Positions 22,917-36,547 of a DNA stretch of 64,000 bases are shown here, one piece after another. The stretch is from positions 2,753,728-2,817,727 of the forward strand of contig NW_003314272.1 of the NCBI RefSeq assembly GCF_000143415.4, in the 5' to 3' direction. The number at the start of each line of letters is the position of its first letter. The stretch's first letter is position 1. A program made the translations under genes and the position numbers. The notes below the pieces were generated by a model. That model was not told where the DNA came from. It worked only from the letters and a program-made list of their open reading frames with translations, and made no database searches. The stretch comes from Selaginella moellendorffii. Lineage: Eukaryota; Plantae; Lycopodiophyta.

Positions 22917-25121
22917 ATGGAGTTTAGCAGTAGCGATCAGGGAGGGAGTGTCAAGAGACCCATGGCCTCGATCAGGCCGCTGCTAATGCTGCCTCCTCGG
23001 GCGCCTGGCGGTGGAGCGAGCGCCTCCGCCGGGGCCTCTTCTTTCTTCTTCAAGGCGCCGGATGCGAGCCCCAGCCCCATGACGCTGGCCGCGAGCTTCC
23101 TCATCGATCCGGACAATGAGAACAAGGCTCACTCCAATCTCTTGGGCTCCTCGCAGGATCTGGGCGGCCATGGCCAGCAGCAGCAACAGCACATCGCGAG
23201 GGGCTCGAGCGGCGGCAACGGCAGCGGCAGCTTCGCGGAGAGATTGGCGGCGAGGGAGATGGAGGCGGGCGATAGATCGGCAGTGGCCCCTCTGGACATC
23301 GCCGCCTCCTCCTCCCCCTTCACAATTCCCCCCGGGATCAGCCCCACCACGCTCTTCGATTCGCCGCTCTTCGCGAGCAGCCAGGTATGATCTCTCGATC
23401 GAAATGCTTGCCTTGTTTGCTCGTTTCTCATCTCCAATCTCTCTTCCTCCAGGCGGAGCCATCGCCCACGACCGGATCCTTCCTCATGCCCCCGCCGGTC
23501 TTCGATGGCGGCGGCTCCAGGATGCAAAACCATCGCTCGCCGGAGGCCAAGGTGGAGAGCAATCCTTCCAGCGAGTTTGTGTTCAAGCCAATTGCGAGGC
23601 AGGGCTCGGATTCTTCGTCGCAATCCTTCCCCGGGGTAAGTTTCTTTGCTTGACTGGTTCCTCCCGGGCTTGGTTTGTTGACTGGCACACTCCCCTCCTT
23701 GACTGACCGCCTTGACCGTGTGCTCCTCCCTTTTTATAGCTAGATTTTCTTTTGACTCCGCTGGAGCTTTGTGTTCTAGAGTTTTGGATCACTCGCTCAC
23801 TGGATTGTTTGATCCTTCCTTTGGCAGCTGCCTTTCGAATTCCACCGCTCGCAAGCGGCGCCCATGGCGGTGCCGCTGGGAGCCCAGACGATGATCCCGG
23901 CGGCGGAGTTTCAACCATCTCGCTCGAGGGCGGCGGCTCCAGCTCCATCCGAGAGCCGGCCAGAGCCCCAACAGCAGCAGCAGCAGCAACAGCAAGTTTT
24001 CGTGGAGCGGCCATCCGAGGATGGATTCAACTGGAGAAAGTATGGGCAGAAGCAAGTCAAGGGGAGCGAGTTCCCGCGCAGCTACTACAAATGCACCAGC
24101 TCGGGCTGCCCCGTGAAGAAGAAAGTGGAGCGGTCGCAGGACGGACAGGTGACCGAGATCGTGTACAAGGGCGAGCACAATCACCCGCGGCCGCAAAAGA
24201 GCCGGAGGGGAGGTGGAGCCGGAGCCGGATCATCGTCTTCTCTTCTCGGCGACGATCGAAGCCCGGAGGATCTCTACGCTAGCGCCGCTGCCGCCAGGAA
24301 CTCGGATGATCCATCGTCACCGCTCTCGTCAGGCGAGGACGACGGGCAGCAGGCCAAGAACGAGGACGGTGGCGATGACGACGTCGAGAGCGAGTCCAAG
24401 AGAAGGTGGAACAAAAGTCTCTCTTGCTTGCGTTTCTCACAACTTCGTGATGCAACTGCAGGAGGATTGATAGCGGCGGTGGAGCGAGGGAGGCGGCGGC
24501 CGTCCAGCGGACGATCCGCGAGCCCCGGGTGGTGGTGCAAACGCCCAGCGAGATCGACATCCTCGACGATGGCTATCGGTGGAGAAAGTATGGGCAGAAG
24601 ATCGTCAAGGGGAATCCATATCCGAGGTTCGTTTTCTTCTCCATTCGAAGTTCTCTTGGTGCTTTCTCTTGCTTCTAATATGAACAAGCTTTCTTGTTCT
24701 TGGCAGGAGCTATTACAAATGCACGAACGTCGGGTGCCCCGTACGGAAGCACGTCGAGCGGGCGTCAAACGATCCAAAATCCGTCATCACGACGTACGAG
24801 GGGAAGCACAACCACGACGTGCCGGCCGCCAAGAACAGTGGTGGCGGTGGCGGCGGTGGTGGTGGGCTTGACGGTGGCGGCGGCGGCAGTGGTGGTGGCG
24901 GCGGTGGCGGTGCTTCCAGTTTGCAATTTCAAGCTCTGCAGCAGCAGCAACACGGGAATCTGGGGATATCGGCGACGTCGATGCAAGACCAGATTGCGCA
25001 GTTTGCGAGGCAAGCGGGGCCATCGAGCAGGATGCAGCAGTTTGGAATGAGGCCCAAGGCGGAGCAAGGTGACGCTGCTTCGCTCCAGCCCTATGCAGGT
25101 ACACATTTTGTATGTAATTGA
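22917..25121 (+). CDS. Group I WRKY transcription factor (two WRKY domains), multi-exon
   Basis: [14 protein letters not shown] and [10 protein letters not shown] cluster; WRKYGQK...C-x4-C...HNH at about 24020-24190 and 24560-24820 with the conserved PR|SYYKC intron. Confidence 0.95.
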
Positions 25122-25469
25122 TTCTATCAATTCAACCATGATGCTTCGATCTAGAAAACCACAACCAGCATGAAAGTTTGAGCTCCTTAGTCAACGCTGG
25201 TCAAAACGGTCAACGGCTATTTGCTTAGGGTTGTCGAGCGGTCTTTTTGAATGTCTCCACGGTATGGCCCGAGGCTCTTGGAACGGATTTTAAGCCATGT
25301 GACATCAAGCCCGCTCTGGAGGATGCGTTCCAAAGATTTGGCATCTCATCTCTTTGTATGTTTTTGATGTTACCCGAGGATGGATCGCGAACTTTATGAT
25401 AAGATGCTATCTTTTGACTGGAGGGAGTTTAAAGTGTACCAGTATACCAGATTTATACTGCGGGGTAGT

Positions 25470-26830
25470 GAGTCCCGAGTTATACTGGCCAGAAGTTTCA
25501 AGCCCGTATATTTGTATTCGTGCAAGCGTGAGACATAGAGGGGCATGGCAATGAGACGCTCGATAGTTCCCGAGACCGAAGAGAGTATATTGTACGATTC
25601 CCACCAGGTAGTCTCTCGTTTTTCTGTTCAGATCTGAACCCTTGTTATTTCCCAGGAACGCGTACAAGACGATGCAGCGATTGCTTAAGAACAAATGTGG
25701 TATTTCCTCAACTATGACGACGCCTTTTTATGTGTGCTACAGACCCGTATAGATGAGGTGGTGAGTTTCAAACTCTTTTTTCCTTCTTGAATCTGAATGC
25801 AATAAATTGTTCCTTTAAACATCAGGTTGGTGGGGCGATATATGGATGAGAGCAAAATTATAATAGTCATCACACTCCAGAATAATGCCTTTGCCGGAGG
25901 CCCGAAAATCCCTCTTTTGGAAGTCTTCAAGGATTGAAATTATAATTGTAGGAGTTTGGTTGATCTTCGCAGAGGAGAGGTTGATGAGCACAGAGTGGCT
26001 GAAATGTTGTAAGTCTGTTAACAAGATTTTGTTTAACATCACTTTGGTTAACTCGTGTTCTGTTTCTGTTTCTGATATGATCTTTCATTGTATGTTTTGC
26101 TTGCGGTGAATGGTATGCAGCGAACTCCAGCGCCACAAACATCTCCTTCATTCAGAACCCTTGTGGAGAGGATGCGCTCAGATTAGTACTGTATGCGGCA
26201 TCTTTACGTGAAAGCCTCCAGGATCTCCCTCTGGACAAAGTCAAGATCAAGAGCTGAAGCAATCGCAGGCCATGAAATTTAATGGAGAAAGTCGATCACC
26301 ACACAGCAAAACACGGGGCTCATGATCCGAGCAGAGATCATTTGGTGGCAGTTATTGTATGTGATTAATTTTATCTATTCGACCCGGTTTTCCCAGTCAA
26401 TTCTCCCCGAGTTATACTGTCCAGAAGCTTCAAGCCCGTGTCTTTGCATTGCCTGTTAAAGAGAGACATGCAGTGAGACGCTCAAAAATTCCCCCCTGTT
26501 CTTTCCCAGGAACGCATGCTTCAGAACATATATATTGTCTTTCCTCAATCAAGTATCGCAAAACTTGTTCTTCTTAACATCAGGGCTTGGTGGAATCTAT
26601 GGTGGGGCGATATATGGATTGGAGCAAATTATAGTCATCACTAATTGCAGGACAAGAACTGTTCTTCCCGCAGAGGAGAGGTTCATGAGCACAGAGCGCC
26701 TGTCTTTTCTAAACGACACTTTGGTTACATCATGATGTTCTGATCCCCTGGGGTGAGCAAATCTTTCATCGTTTTATTAACTGTGCGCTTGCAGTGAATG
26801 AATGCCAAACTCCCGAGCCGCAAATACCAA
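25470..26830. repeat. Diverged direct duplication of an unidentified, probably pseudogenic segment
   Basis: CCCGAGTTATACTG.CCAGAAG.TTCAAGCCCGT at about 25474 and 26406; GCAGAGGAGAGGTT.ATGAGCACAGAG at about 25969 and 26670; the second copy is deleted. Confidence 0.7.
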
Positions 26831-27010
26831 AGAGCAAAAGACCGTAAAAGAAGAGAACAGAGATCATCAGCTCATCGTGACGTAGCCACTACCACAGTAG
26901 GATCACACTCACTCAATCAATGAGCCTTGAACTTAAAACACGAGAAGCGAACATCCTTAACGCAAACGAGGCATATATAACAAAAAATGATCGTGACTAT
27001 CTACAGTGTT

Positions 27011-30000
27011 TCACCTCTTGTACTTAAACCGGACCTTTAGCAGGAACCTTAGCTGGATCTGCACAACGACAAGGAAAGAATTTAAGCACCCACAGAAGAA
27101 GCGCTAAGAAACACTACAAACCTGTGAGGTACTGTACACAATGAACTCGTTGTACAGCAAGTCGCTGCGAACTTGAGACGGCACAGGACGCCCGCACGGG
27201 ACAACGACTCCATCGTCAAACTCCTTGAATTCGCTGGGATCGGGCATTGTCCTCCCGACTCCTTTCGTGGCCATGTATCCAGCCGGAGGCTTCTCCATGT
27301 ACTGATTGAAAGCGGGGCGTTAGAGAAGCTTTCCGCAGAGCCTGTTGCTTGAATAAATATATATACCTGTGCGTGTGTATACTCTTTAATGTCTCCAAGA
27401 GCAACCTCGGACAGTAGCATCAGCCCCACTGGATTGGACCTGTTCGTGAAGCAGTACTGCGCGCTCTTACTCACCAGGTCCGCAAAGTACACACCTTTGC
27501 CAAACTACAAAAACGTGACAGATAAGAGCTAAATGAGTCGGTTTGGAATACTAGACAGTGTACCATATAGCCAGTAGCCGGTGCTTCAGGAGGGGCTATC
27601 CGTAAGCCTTGGCTCAAAATTCCCACGAAGTTTGTAGTGCGTGAACCTTTTCATCACAAACAGGAGCCGTCAAGACAATGCCTCATTGAGGACAAACGTA
27701 CCGTGCCATAGCAGCATACGATTCTTAAGCGTTGATTTCATTGGAGCGTACAGATCGTGCTCTCCATCTCTACTGACAACAAAAACGTCCTCGACTTCCA
27801 GTCCCCATTCCTACAAAAACAACATTTATCAGGCGATAGTCGAGACAGAAAGTGAAGTCCATACCGTATGAGTTGGTGCGTGAGTCCTTTCCAGGTAGTT
27901 CTTAACGAGCTCAAACTCGGGGCTATCATGTGGAACTGGCGAAACAGCGCACTTGAGCTTCTTGTAATGCACGTCCAGTGGATCCGACTCATCATCTTCA
28001 TCCGCAGACTTAATGAGCTGCGACGCAATTTCAATGTCCCTCAATGCCTCAAGCATTTGAATCTGCAAACGAAAAGAGTTTAGCTTTAAGCTCCGGTGTT
28101 TGATGGTTAAGCTCACCTTCGTTTTCAGAACATCCTCGTCGTCTATTAGAGTCGGGTGAGTCGAAGGGATCAGAGTGTTGAATTGGTTGCTTCCGTCAAT
28201 AAGTTCTACTTGACGCCGAGGATCTTGTTGCTCTCGCTTTAACACGTTTTGTATACGGGTGAGCACATCAAATCCTGAACGAAACAATAGATAAGAAATC
28301 TACGAACACCACAATCGTACCCTTTGCAATGTGTGCTTTGGTCAGTTTCCCAAGTGGCATTTCATTTGGATTAATTTCGAACTCCAACATGGCGGACCTT
28401 CAAAGAGCAAACACAGTAACTAAAAAAACCACGAGTAAAAGCAGAAGACTTACTTGTATGTCTCAATGTCAAAGAGCATCTTCATCAAGCTGACAACCCT
28501 CGGATGAAGGTTGCTCTTTGATCCAGAAACAGTAGCTAACTCTTTCTGAGGTGCTTCATCAGCTCCATAGTCCTGCAACACACGAGCTAAATCAAAAACG
28601 GAGAGAGAGAGAGAGAGAGAGAGAAGACAGGTTCTTACGATTTCTACGGGATAATATTTTCCTGGGACTTTCTGAAACCCCGTCTTTCGCACCCATGAGT
28701 GCCATTCATTCCCCGTCTTATCCAGAAATCCCTTCTCGAACTCTTCTATGGCCCCTTGTTTTGAGAAAGCCTCCAGTTTCGTGTGCCCCCTCTCAGAAGC
28801 AACACGACCCCATTTTCGAAAGACATAGCAAGCATTTCCCTTGTCTTCTTCGATAATTTGGAGCACGTAACAACTGTAAAGTCATATCTCAAGTCAGGAT
28901 CATCACAAAACATAGAAAGATGCACCTGTTTCTTCCAGTCGAGATGTCAGACTTATTCAAAGTCACAGAATATATCACGCTCCCGGATTCCAAAACGTGG
29001 CCTTTATCTTGCATTTCGGAGTCTTCATGCACGGCACTCCGACCTTTAACTTTCACTTTCGTCATTGCAGTACTCGTACGCGAAGATTCAAGTCGATAGT
29101 CTTTGAGCGGCAATCGCTTTTTCATCTTCATGCATTCCGTTAAATATCTCTCCGCCACAGCCGGAATTCCGAGTTGTCTGCGAGTTAAACTTGTAAGATT
29201 CCAATCTTCCAACCCTTGCGCACCTTAGGCTTTCGTCCTTAAAAAATTCCGCTTCGGTAGAAATTATAGCGGTGACGCCTACGCGATTAGATGAGCGTTA
29301 GTACTTCAAACACCTCACCTCAGTTGAAACTTATGCCTCACCTGGATCCATGGTCTTGTGGACAACACCTTTTGCCTCTTCTATGAGTGCCTTCCACTCA
29401 TCCTGCATTACTAGCATTTTCAGGAAAATGTTGACCAGAAAAAGTACAAACCTGAGTTTTTTCCTGCATGGCTCCGAAAAAGAAAACATGAAGTCCCCGG
29501 AGGAAATGCGCTTCAGAATTGAGATTTTTAGTAGACGGCCTCAGCAGCCGTGGTTCTTTTGGTGTCTTCTGGGTTTTGTTCCACTGCGGTAAAACACGAG
29601 GTCAGAACACAATACAACTTAAACATAAACAAAATAGACTAGCTTGTCTGAGGAATGGATTCGTCGAGCCTTTGGGAATATTCCATTTCGCTTGACGCTG
29701 GACTTCTGATGTCTTGAAGTTACATCTGCTCCACTCTGAAAGGTGGCCTTGGCAGGAGTACATTCCTCCTGAGTAAAGCAGAGGGCCGCCACACTGCGGA
29801 CAAGGTTTGAAAGGTCCAAACATCATCCCATCGGCACTGCAAGAAGCGCAAAGTTAAATCAACTCGATGCCGTCTAAGACGTACCAGCGCTCGCGAATCT
29901 CTTTGTCCGATTTAGACATGGCTCCGTTGTTGATCTCGAGCATCTCTTTCATTTCATCGAGTGAGACGTTCCTTTGCAAGTCATCCTGAAGACTCCAGAG

Positions 30001-31064
30001 TGCCTTTGTCTGTTGCTCCATTTTCTTCTCAAAGTCGTCTGACACTTTTTGCTTCTTCTTCTTTGAGCTTTGATCATCACCGGACGCTTCCGACTGCCGC
30101 TTTGCCTTCTTCTCTTCCTGTTGCTTCTCCTGTTCCTCTTCCTTCTCTTCTTTGATTTCTTCCTTGTTTTCTGTTAAGACTGGTCTTAAACACTAAAACG
30201 AAAGTTGAAACAAGAAGCTACCTTGTGTGGGTTTTAGGAAAGGCTCAACAGCGTCGTGAACGACCTTCTGCTCCGACTCATCAAGCGTGTCCCATCCGTC
30301 AAGCTCCTCGATGGGCTGATCCCAGGCAAAAAATTCCACGAAGCACTTGGCATGCCTGAAGGTCGGACTCCTGTACTTCTCATTCTCCACAGTGGAAATG
30401 CGAGCCTACACACAGCACTGCACAAATTTAGCGTTGCCAAGGAGCATCTACAAAAGCTTACCTCTCCTTTTACTAGCTTCTCCTTGCAAACTCGGCATAT
30501 CGCTCGAGAAGCCTTGGCAATCTCGATGGTGTGTTCAAAGCTCGATGTCTCCTCTTCTTGTTCTGTCTTCTGTTTCCCTTTCTCTTTCTTTCCTTTCTTC
30601 TTGCTCTTACTCGGCAAATCCTCCGCAGGCGCTGCCGCCTCCTCGATTTCTTCCTCATTATCTTCCAGCGCTCCTGCTTCATCACCTTCGATGTACTTCC
30701 GCAGTTTCTTTTGATCTCCCCAGCGCAAGTTATCGAATCCGTCCACATCCTCTATCCTGAGCAATCCAAAAGAAAAAAGGAGAAAGAAAGCTCAAACCTT
30801 TCCGCAATCTAAAAAACAAACGTACGAAGAGATGGTGTTCTTCTTCACCGCGATGCATGAGTAGTGGTGCCAAACCTACATTCTCCAAGGATGAGCTAGA
30901 AAAAACCAAGAACAAGCACTTACAGGGATCCATCCGTCAAATTTTGGCGATTCAACCATCCTCCCAAGGCGCAGCTCATCCTTGTCGATCTTTTCGTGGC
31001 AGGCGCCGCAGGCCGCGCGCGATGATTTGGCGTACTCCGCCCTCCATGGATGATCCGGCTCCAT
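27011..31064 (-). CDS. PARP1: Poly(ADP-ribose) polymerase 1 (2x zf-PARP, PADR1, BRCT, WGR, regulatory, catalytic), many short introns
   Basis: [14 protein letters not shown] and [14 protein letters not shown] zinc fingers, [27 protein letters not shown] (H-Y-E triad). Confidence 0.95.
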
Positions 31065-31714
31065 CGCCCGGAGCTCCCAAATTAAATTCAAACACACACT
31101 TCCCCTAGAACCCTAAAAGCTGTGTAGAATTAAAATTCCGTACTCTAGCTACCGTACAAGGCCAAAAAAGCATAGAGTGACGTGGAGCTTATGTGGTCTG
31201 TCCAGTCAGCATCTTGCCCCCTCGGCATGTCATAACGGCTTATCATGTGCCGGACGCCATGGCCCCACTCCATTTCAGTTGAATGCCTCATAATCATGCT
31301 ATAGTATATCCTCGTCCCGGCTATGGCGTCCAGCGGGCGGGTGGGCAAGGGCGCGACGGGGTGGAGGTCGGCGGCGATCGATGCCGTGCCAATGCGAATG
31401 CCGCGCGCTCTCGGCCGCGGCGCCGCAGATCCAGCGCGTGATTCCACCAGGTTTGAGGTAGTCTGCCGTGCGTGATCCGGAGGGGGTTTTAGAGCTCCGC
31501 GGAGGTAGCATTCTCGGCTCCTGGGGCTTGACGATGGCTAGCGGTAGCAGCGATAGTTGGAAATCCATGCAGGGAAAGGGAAGGTGAAGTTCTTTATCAA
31601 AATCACTGGGGATGGGGGAAAACCTTGCCAAATCTTCGTGTTGGTGGACACACATTCGCGCAGCGACGCTGTAGAAGAGAAGATCGTCGTCATCGAGCTC
31701 TTGGGATTTTTTGT

Positions 31715-33847
31715 ATGCGAATTCAAGCGAGCGAAAGGGACATGGGTGACCAATTTCCGGCCGGATTGCGAGTGTTGGTTGTGGATGACGACAGAACTTG
31801 CCTAGCAATTCTTAAGAAGATGCTGCTTCGTTGCGCCTACGATGGTACGTTCGAACTTTTTTTTCTTCCTTTCGCTTTCTATCTTACACTGGCTTTGCTT
31901 TTTCTTGTGCTCTGCTCACTGTAGTGACCACTTGCGGCATGGCACGCCTGGCACTTGCGATGCTTAGAGAAAACAAGGAGCGCTTCGATGTGGTACTTAG
32001 TGATGTCTGCATGCCGGACATGGACGGGTTCAAGCTTCTTGAGCTTGTTGGGCTTGAGATGGATCTTCCGGTCATAAGTAAGTTTGGCTTTTGCCTTTAA
32101 AAGTTCTTACGTGTTTTGGCTTTGCTCCGCAGTGATGTCTGCGAATGGCGAGACGAGCCTCGTCATGAAAGGGATTATACATGGTGCGTGCGATTACCTT
32201 CTCAAACCAATCCGGATCAAAGAGCTCAAAAACATCTGGCAACATGTCTTTCGGAGGAAGAGGAACATCCTCAAGGACGCTGACGGTGCCGACCATGACA
32301 GACAGAAGCGGAAGCCTGACGAGGGAGATTCGATGCCAGCGGCAGGATCTGCTGCAGCGGCAGGCTCTAAGAAGCGGAAAGAAATAAAAGAAGATGACGA
32401 GGAGTTTGAGCTCGACATGGACGACTCGAACACGCTTAAAAAGCCAAGGGTGGTCTGGTCCGTGGAGTTGCATCAACAGTTCGTCACGGCTGTCAATCAA
32501 CTAGGAATAGACAGTACGTACATATTTTTTTGTTTTTGGTTTCCTTGTCTTGTTCTAAACCCCGTATTGTTGATAGAAGCTGTGCCTAAGAGGATCTTGG
32601 AACTGATGAATGTTCAAGGCCTGACGAGGGAGAATGTTGCTAGCCATCTCCAGGTGAGCCCTCACTCTCTTCCGCGGTTTTATATTTTTCCTTGAGTGAC
32701 TCTTCCTACCGCAGAAGTACAGACTCTATTTGAAGCGGCTGAGCGTGGCACAACAGCAAAATGCCGTCACAATGAGCATGCCGCTCGGCTCGGACCCGTC
32801 TTACAACGCAATCGACAACTTGCAACCTCATCCCATCATCACGCCAGGATCTTCTCAAGCTCTGGCGGCTCTTCGCTCCGCCTACCTCCGGACGCTTTGC
32901 TCGTCCAATGATCCAGCAGCTACAAACGGTGTTGTCGAGCCACCAGTCCTCGTCGTCCGGCCCCGCAGCATCCCACCAAACAACCAAAGAGGCCTTTTGC
33001 TGGGTGTCGGTGATATGGAGCAGCTCCAACAATCACAGGTTCCACAGATGAGACCCGTGCAAGAAGGAATCCTCGCGACTTCGGCTTCGCAGTCCAATCC
33101 TTTGACAGAGCAAATAATTCAGCAACAGCAACAGCAGCACACACAGATACAACTTCTTCAGCCTTACAACCAAAAGCAAGACAGCTACATAGACTATTCA
33201 CATTACAGCAAAGACACTGGCGACATCGGCGCGCGAGGCACCACCTTGGACGATGGTATCATCGGCAGGGGCTTCGGTGGAAGCATTGTCGCGTCTGCAA
33301 CAGGGGACGGGATCTCGGTTTTGATGAACAGCGGTTTGGCAAAGCCAAACATTCCAGGCATGAACACTGGCATAGTTAAGTGCGAGGAGGGCGACTCTCT
33401 AGGCAGCTGGGAGGGAGGCTCGTCGGCAGCATTTGGGATAGCGAGCCAAATAAGCTGGCAGGGACAGCAGCAGCAAGAGCAGCAGGGATCGCAAGAGTTC
33501 ATCCACGACACTCTAGTTCCATACAGCAGCTCGGGGACTGGGGATGGTCACGAGTATCTGGGAATGATGAATTGCCCCCGGATCATCGCAAACAGCTCTG
33601 GCTCTTTCAAAGTGAAGCAGGAGGAATACGACTCCGCGCCGAATCAGTTCCCGCAAGCGCACCACGCGCAGGATGAGCTAGTCGGCTTACAACCCTACAA
33701 ACAGGTCTGGATGTTCTTCTCCTTTCTCTCTTTCCATGCGATGGTTTTCATGTTTTGTTTCTACTCCAGGAGCAAGAGCATGGTTTTTTTGAGAACGACT
33801 TGTGCCTGGACGGATATATCCCAGGAAGCAACTTATATGTGAAATAA
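31715..33847 (+). CDS. Type-B response regulator (receiver plus GARP/Myb plus Q-rich tail)
   Basis: [48 protein letters not shown]...ENVASHLQ|KYRLYLKRL. Confidence 0.95.
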
Positions 33848-34631
33848 CATCACAATCGTTTTACTTGCCTTGAGGTACCTCTCACGTTTTGGATACTTTT
33901 TTTTTTTTTTTTGGTTTCGGTGGATTTGCAAGATTTGTACGTTCAACTTCAAATGCGGTACAACACAACACTCGAGAGAAGTTTTCCACCCAATCTTTGC
34001 GTGACGAGAGGACAAAGGTTCTTGAGATGACTAGTACTTGGATCTTGATGATTCATTCAGCCCATTGTCTTCCGTACGAAGATTTCACGAATCACTTTCC
34101 TCAGCGAAAGTGAGGGTGGAAGAATGTTTTTCATTTCCTTCCTTTCACGCGCCTTAAAACCACTCGGTGTGGAAGTCTCCTCACTCGCAGCTTTAAATTC
34201 CTCTCTTTTATTCGTCATTTCGAGCAAAGAAAAAAGAGCGTAGTTATCCGATTCCAGCAAGACGACGACGAAGAAGCTTTCTTCCACAAAAGGAAGAAAA
34301 TACCAAAGGAAAGACTGACCCGACAAACTGACTCGAACGAATATACAATGCTTTCTCTTTTCCTTGATGACCGGCGAGCTCCAAGCTCTCTCTTGCGAAT
34401 CAAAAAAAAGAGAGCCCGGCGCCGGCCAAATCCCTGAAGAGCTTCTCCCCCAAGGACACCACCACCAAGCACCGCCACCTTCAATCCCAAAACCATCAAA
34501 ACATCGTCGTATGTACGTAAAGAACCACCAGTGTGACAAACTTAGCTGCTTCTTGATCGCCCAACGGAGCTCCTCCTCGATCAACAGAGTCGTAGCTCCG
34601 AATCCTCGATCCGTCAATGCCGGCGCCACTG

Positions 34632-35738
34632 TCAACTCTCTCGAATCTCTGGGAAACTGAAGTCGTTGCCGGTGGAGGAGGCGGCGGTGGCGGCAGTCTT
34701 CCTGGCGTTCTCGGGGGAGTCGATCATCTTGACTTCCGGGAAGAGCTCGGGCACCGGGAGACCCGGGCTGGGGAGGCCGAGGCAGCCTTGGAACGTCGGC
34801 GACCACGGGAAGCGGCTCCCGGCAAAGCCACTCCCCTTGCTGCTGCCATCGATGATCGACTGCGCGAGCTGCTTCATGGCGGCGGTGTTGGGCGACTCGA
34901 AGCTGGCCCAGGCGGTGTCGCTGGGCGAGAGCACGGGCAGCGGCGAGAAGGAGAGCAGCGGCATTGTCGACACGCGCTTGTTGGAGAGCGGCGACAGCGG
35001 CTGGGCTCCGGGGGACGTCAAGTTCTCGGACGAAACGACGTTGGAGGTGGCGGCGGAGTGGCCGGTGGTGGTGGCGTGAATTTCTCCGCTGGAAGGCCCG
35101 CTAAGCTGCTGCTGCTGGTGCTGCTGCTGGTGCTGCGCCAGCTTGTGGGCGAACGGGGAGATCGAGAATGTGGGACGTAGCGGCGGAGGTGCCATCCTTT
35201 GTAACCGGCTGTTGACCGGCCTGGCGCTCGAGTGAGGAGAAAGAACTCCTCCTCCAGTTCCTGGGCTAGAAACAAGCGCCGCTGGATCCGACACCACCAC
35301 CAAGCTTGGCTGCTGCTGATGTTGCTGCTGCTGTTGGTAGTGGTGGTGATGGTATTGCTGCTGCGAAGAAACTCCCATCATCCCTGGATTCATGGCCTGC
35401 TCGGAGAACCCAGTGGAAGTTTGCTGCTGGAGAGATCCTCCTCCTCCTCCTCCGCCGCCACCGCCGACATCACTACCACCGCCACCACCGCCACTAGTTC
35501 CAGTGGAACTATTCCCCGTGAGCTGCTGGACCAGCTCTCGGAAGCTCATGGGGTCCGTGTTATAGACCTTGGAAGTGGGCAGCGGCTTGGAGGGCTGGAG
35601 CATCGGCCGCCTCATCGACGACGATGAACTCTTGGAGATTTTGCTCCCCGACGACTTGTTGATCGACAGCGGTGCCGCCGTCTTGGCCTTGACCGCCGCC
35701 TCGCACTCGTCTATGTCCATTGCGATGGCCGTTGCCAT
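34632..35738 (-). CDS. VQ-motif protein (368 aa, single exon)
   Basis: TDPMSFRELVQQLTG; SRLQRMAPPPLRP; SP-rich C-terminus. Confidence 0.93.
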   Translation of the reverse strand: MATAIAMDIDECEAAVKAKTAAPLSINKSSGSKISKSSSSSMRRPMLQPSKPLPTSKVYNTDPMSFRELVQQLTGNSSTGTSGGGGGGSDVGGGGGGGGGGSLQQQTSTGFSEQAMNPGMMGVSSQQQYHHHHYQQQQQHQQQPSLVVVSDPAALVSSPGTGGGVLSPHSSARPVNSRLQRMAPPPLRPTFSISPFAHKLAQHQQQHQQQQLSGPSSGEIHATTTGHSAATSNVVSSENLTSPGAQPLSPLSNKRVSTMPLLSFSPLPVLSPSDTAWASFESPNTAAMKQLAQSIIDGSSKGSGFAGSRFPWSPTFQGCLGLPSPGLPVPELFPEVKMIDSPENARKTAATAASSTGNDFSFPEIRES

Positions 35739-36547
35739 GGAAATAGCTCCCTCGTTCTTGTTCTTTCTACTCCTCCTTCCCTAGCTCGCTTTCTAAGACC
35801 GGGCTCCCCGAAATCCTAGCACGCTTACCGATTCCCTGGCGCTCCTCCGGCCCCAGACCATGGGATTTCGCAGATCTCCGCTGCTGACCGCGATCACAAG
35901 CCCTTTGACCGGCCCTGGATCGCGAATTCCTGCGCAATGCAGCGGCGGGAGGAGCAGGAGGAGCCATCCGATTGCCAGAGGCGCCGCAGCCGCGGCGAGT
36001 GCGCCATAGCCACAATCTCGAGACCTTGCGCCTTCCTTCTCAACTCGCTCCAAATAAACTAAAGGTAGCCTAAAGGGTTAAAACAATGGAGATCATGGAT
36101 TATAGTTCCATTTTGTCCCCTTGACGCGTGTCACCCTTTTATTGGCTTTACTTAGGGCTCTTAAATTTCCCCAATGGCATATGCGAAGAAATACACAAAC
36201 AAACAAGCACTTTGCCCATGGGAACTCTGGTTGATAATAAATTCTTGGGTGCTAGCAACGTGGATGGAGTTGGATCGAGCCAAAGGACCACCAAATGCCT
36301 TGACAGGGCAGGTGGACCATATAGTATCCGCGAAAATAAAATTTAAAAAGGAGCCCTCGTCGCTGTGCTTGATCTAGAAATCATTGGCCCAGTAGTGACA
36401 GTGGCTGTAAAAGTTTGATGGAACAAGCCTCCACTTCCACCCATACATCCATCGAATCGAGGACCATCTCACCCTATGGAATGAAAAAGTATAAGCCATT
36501 TGGAGCTATTTGCATTTGGTGGTCCCGTGATCAACGGCGATGTTTCC

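Noticed and set aside
31299-31560. Small ORF containing DYLKPGG between PARP1 and ARR
   Set aside because: Similarity to a plant YLKPGAL motif is too weak
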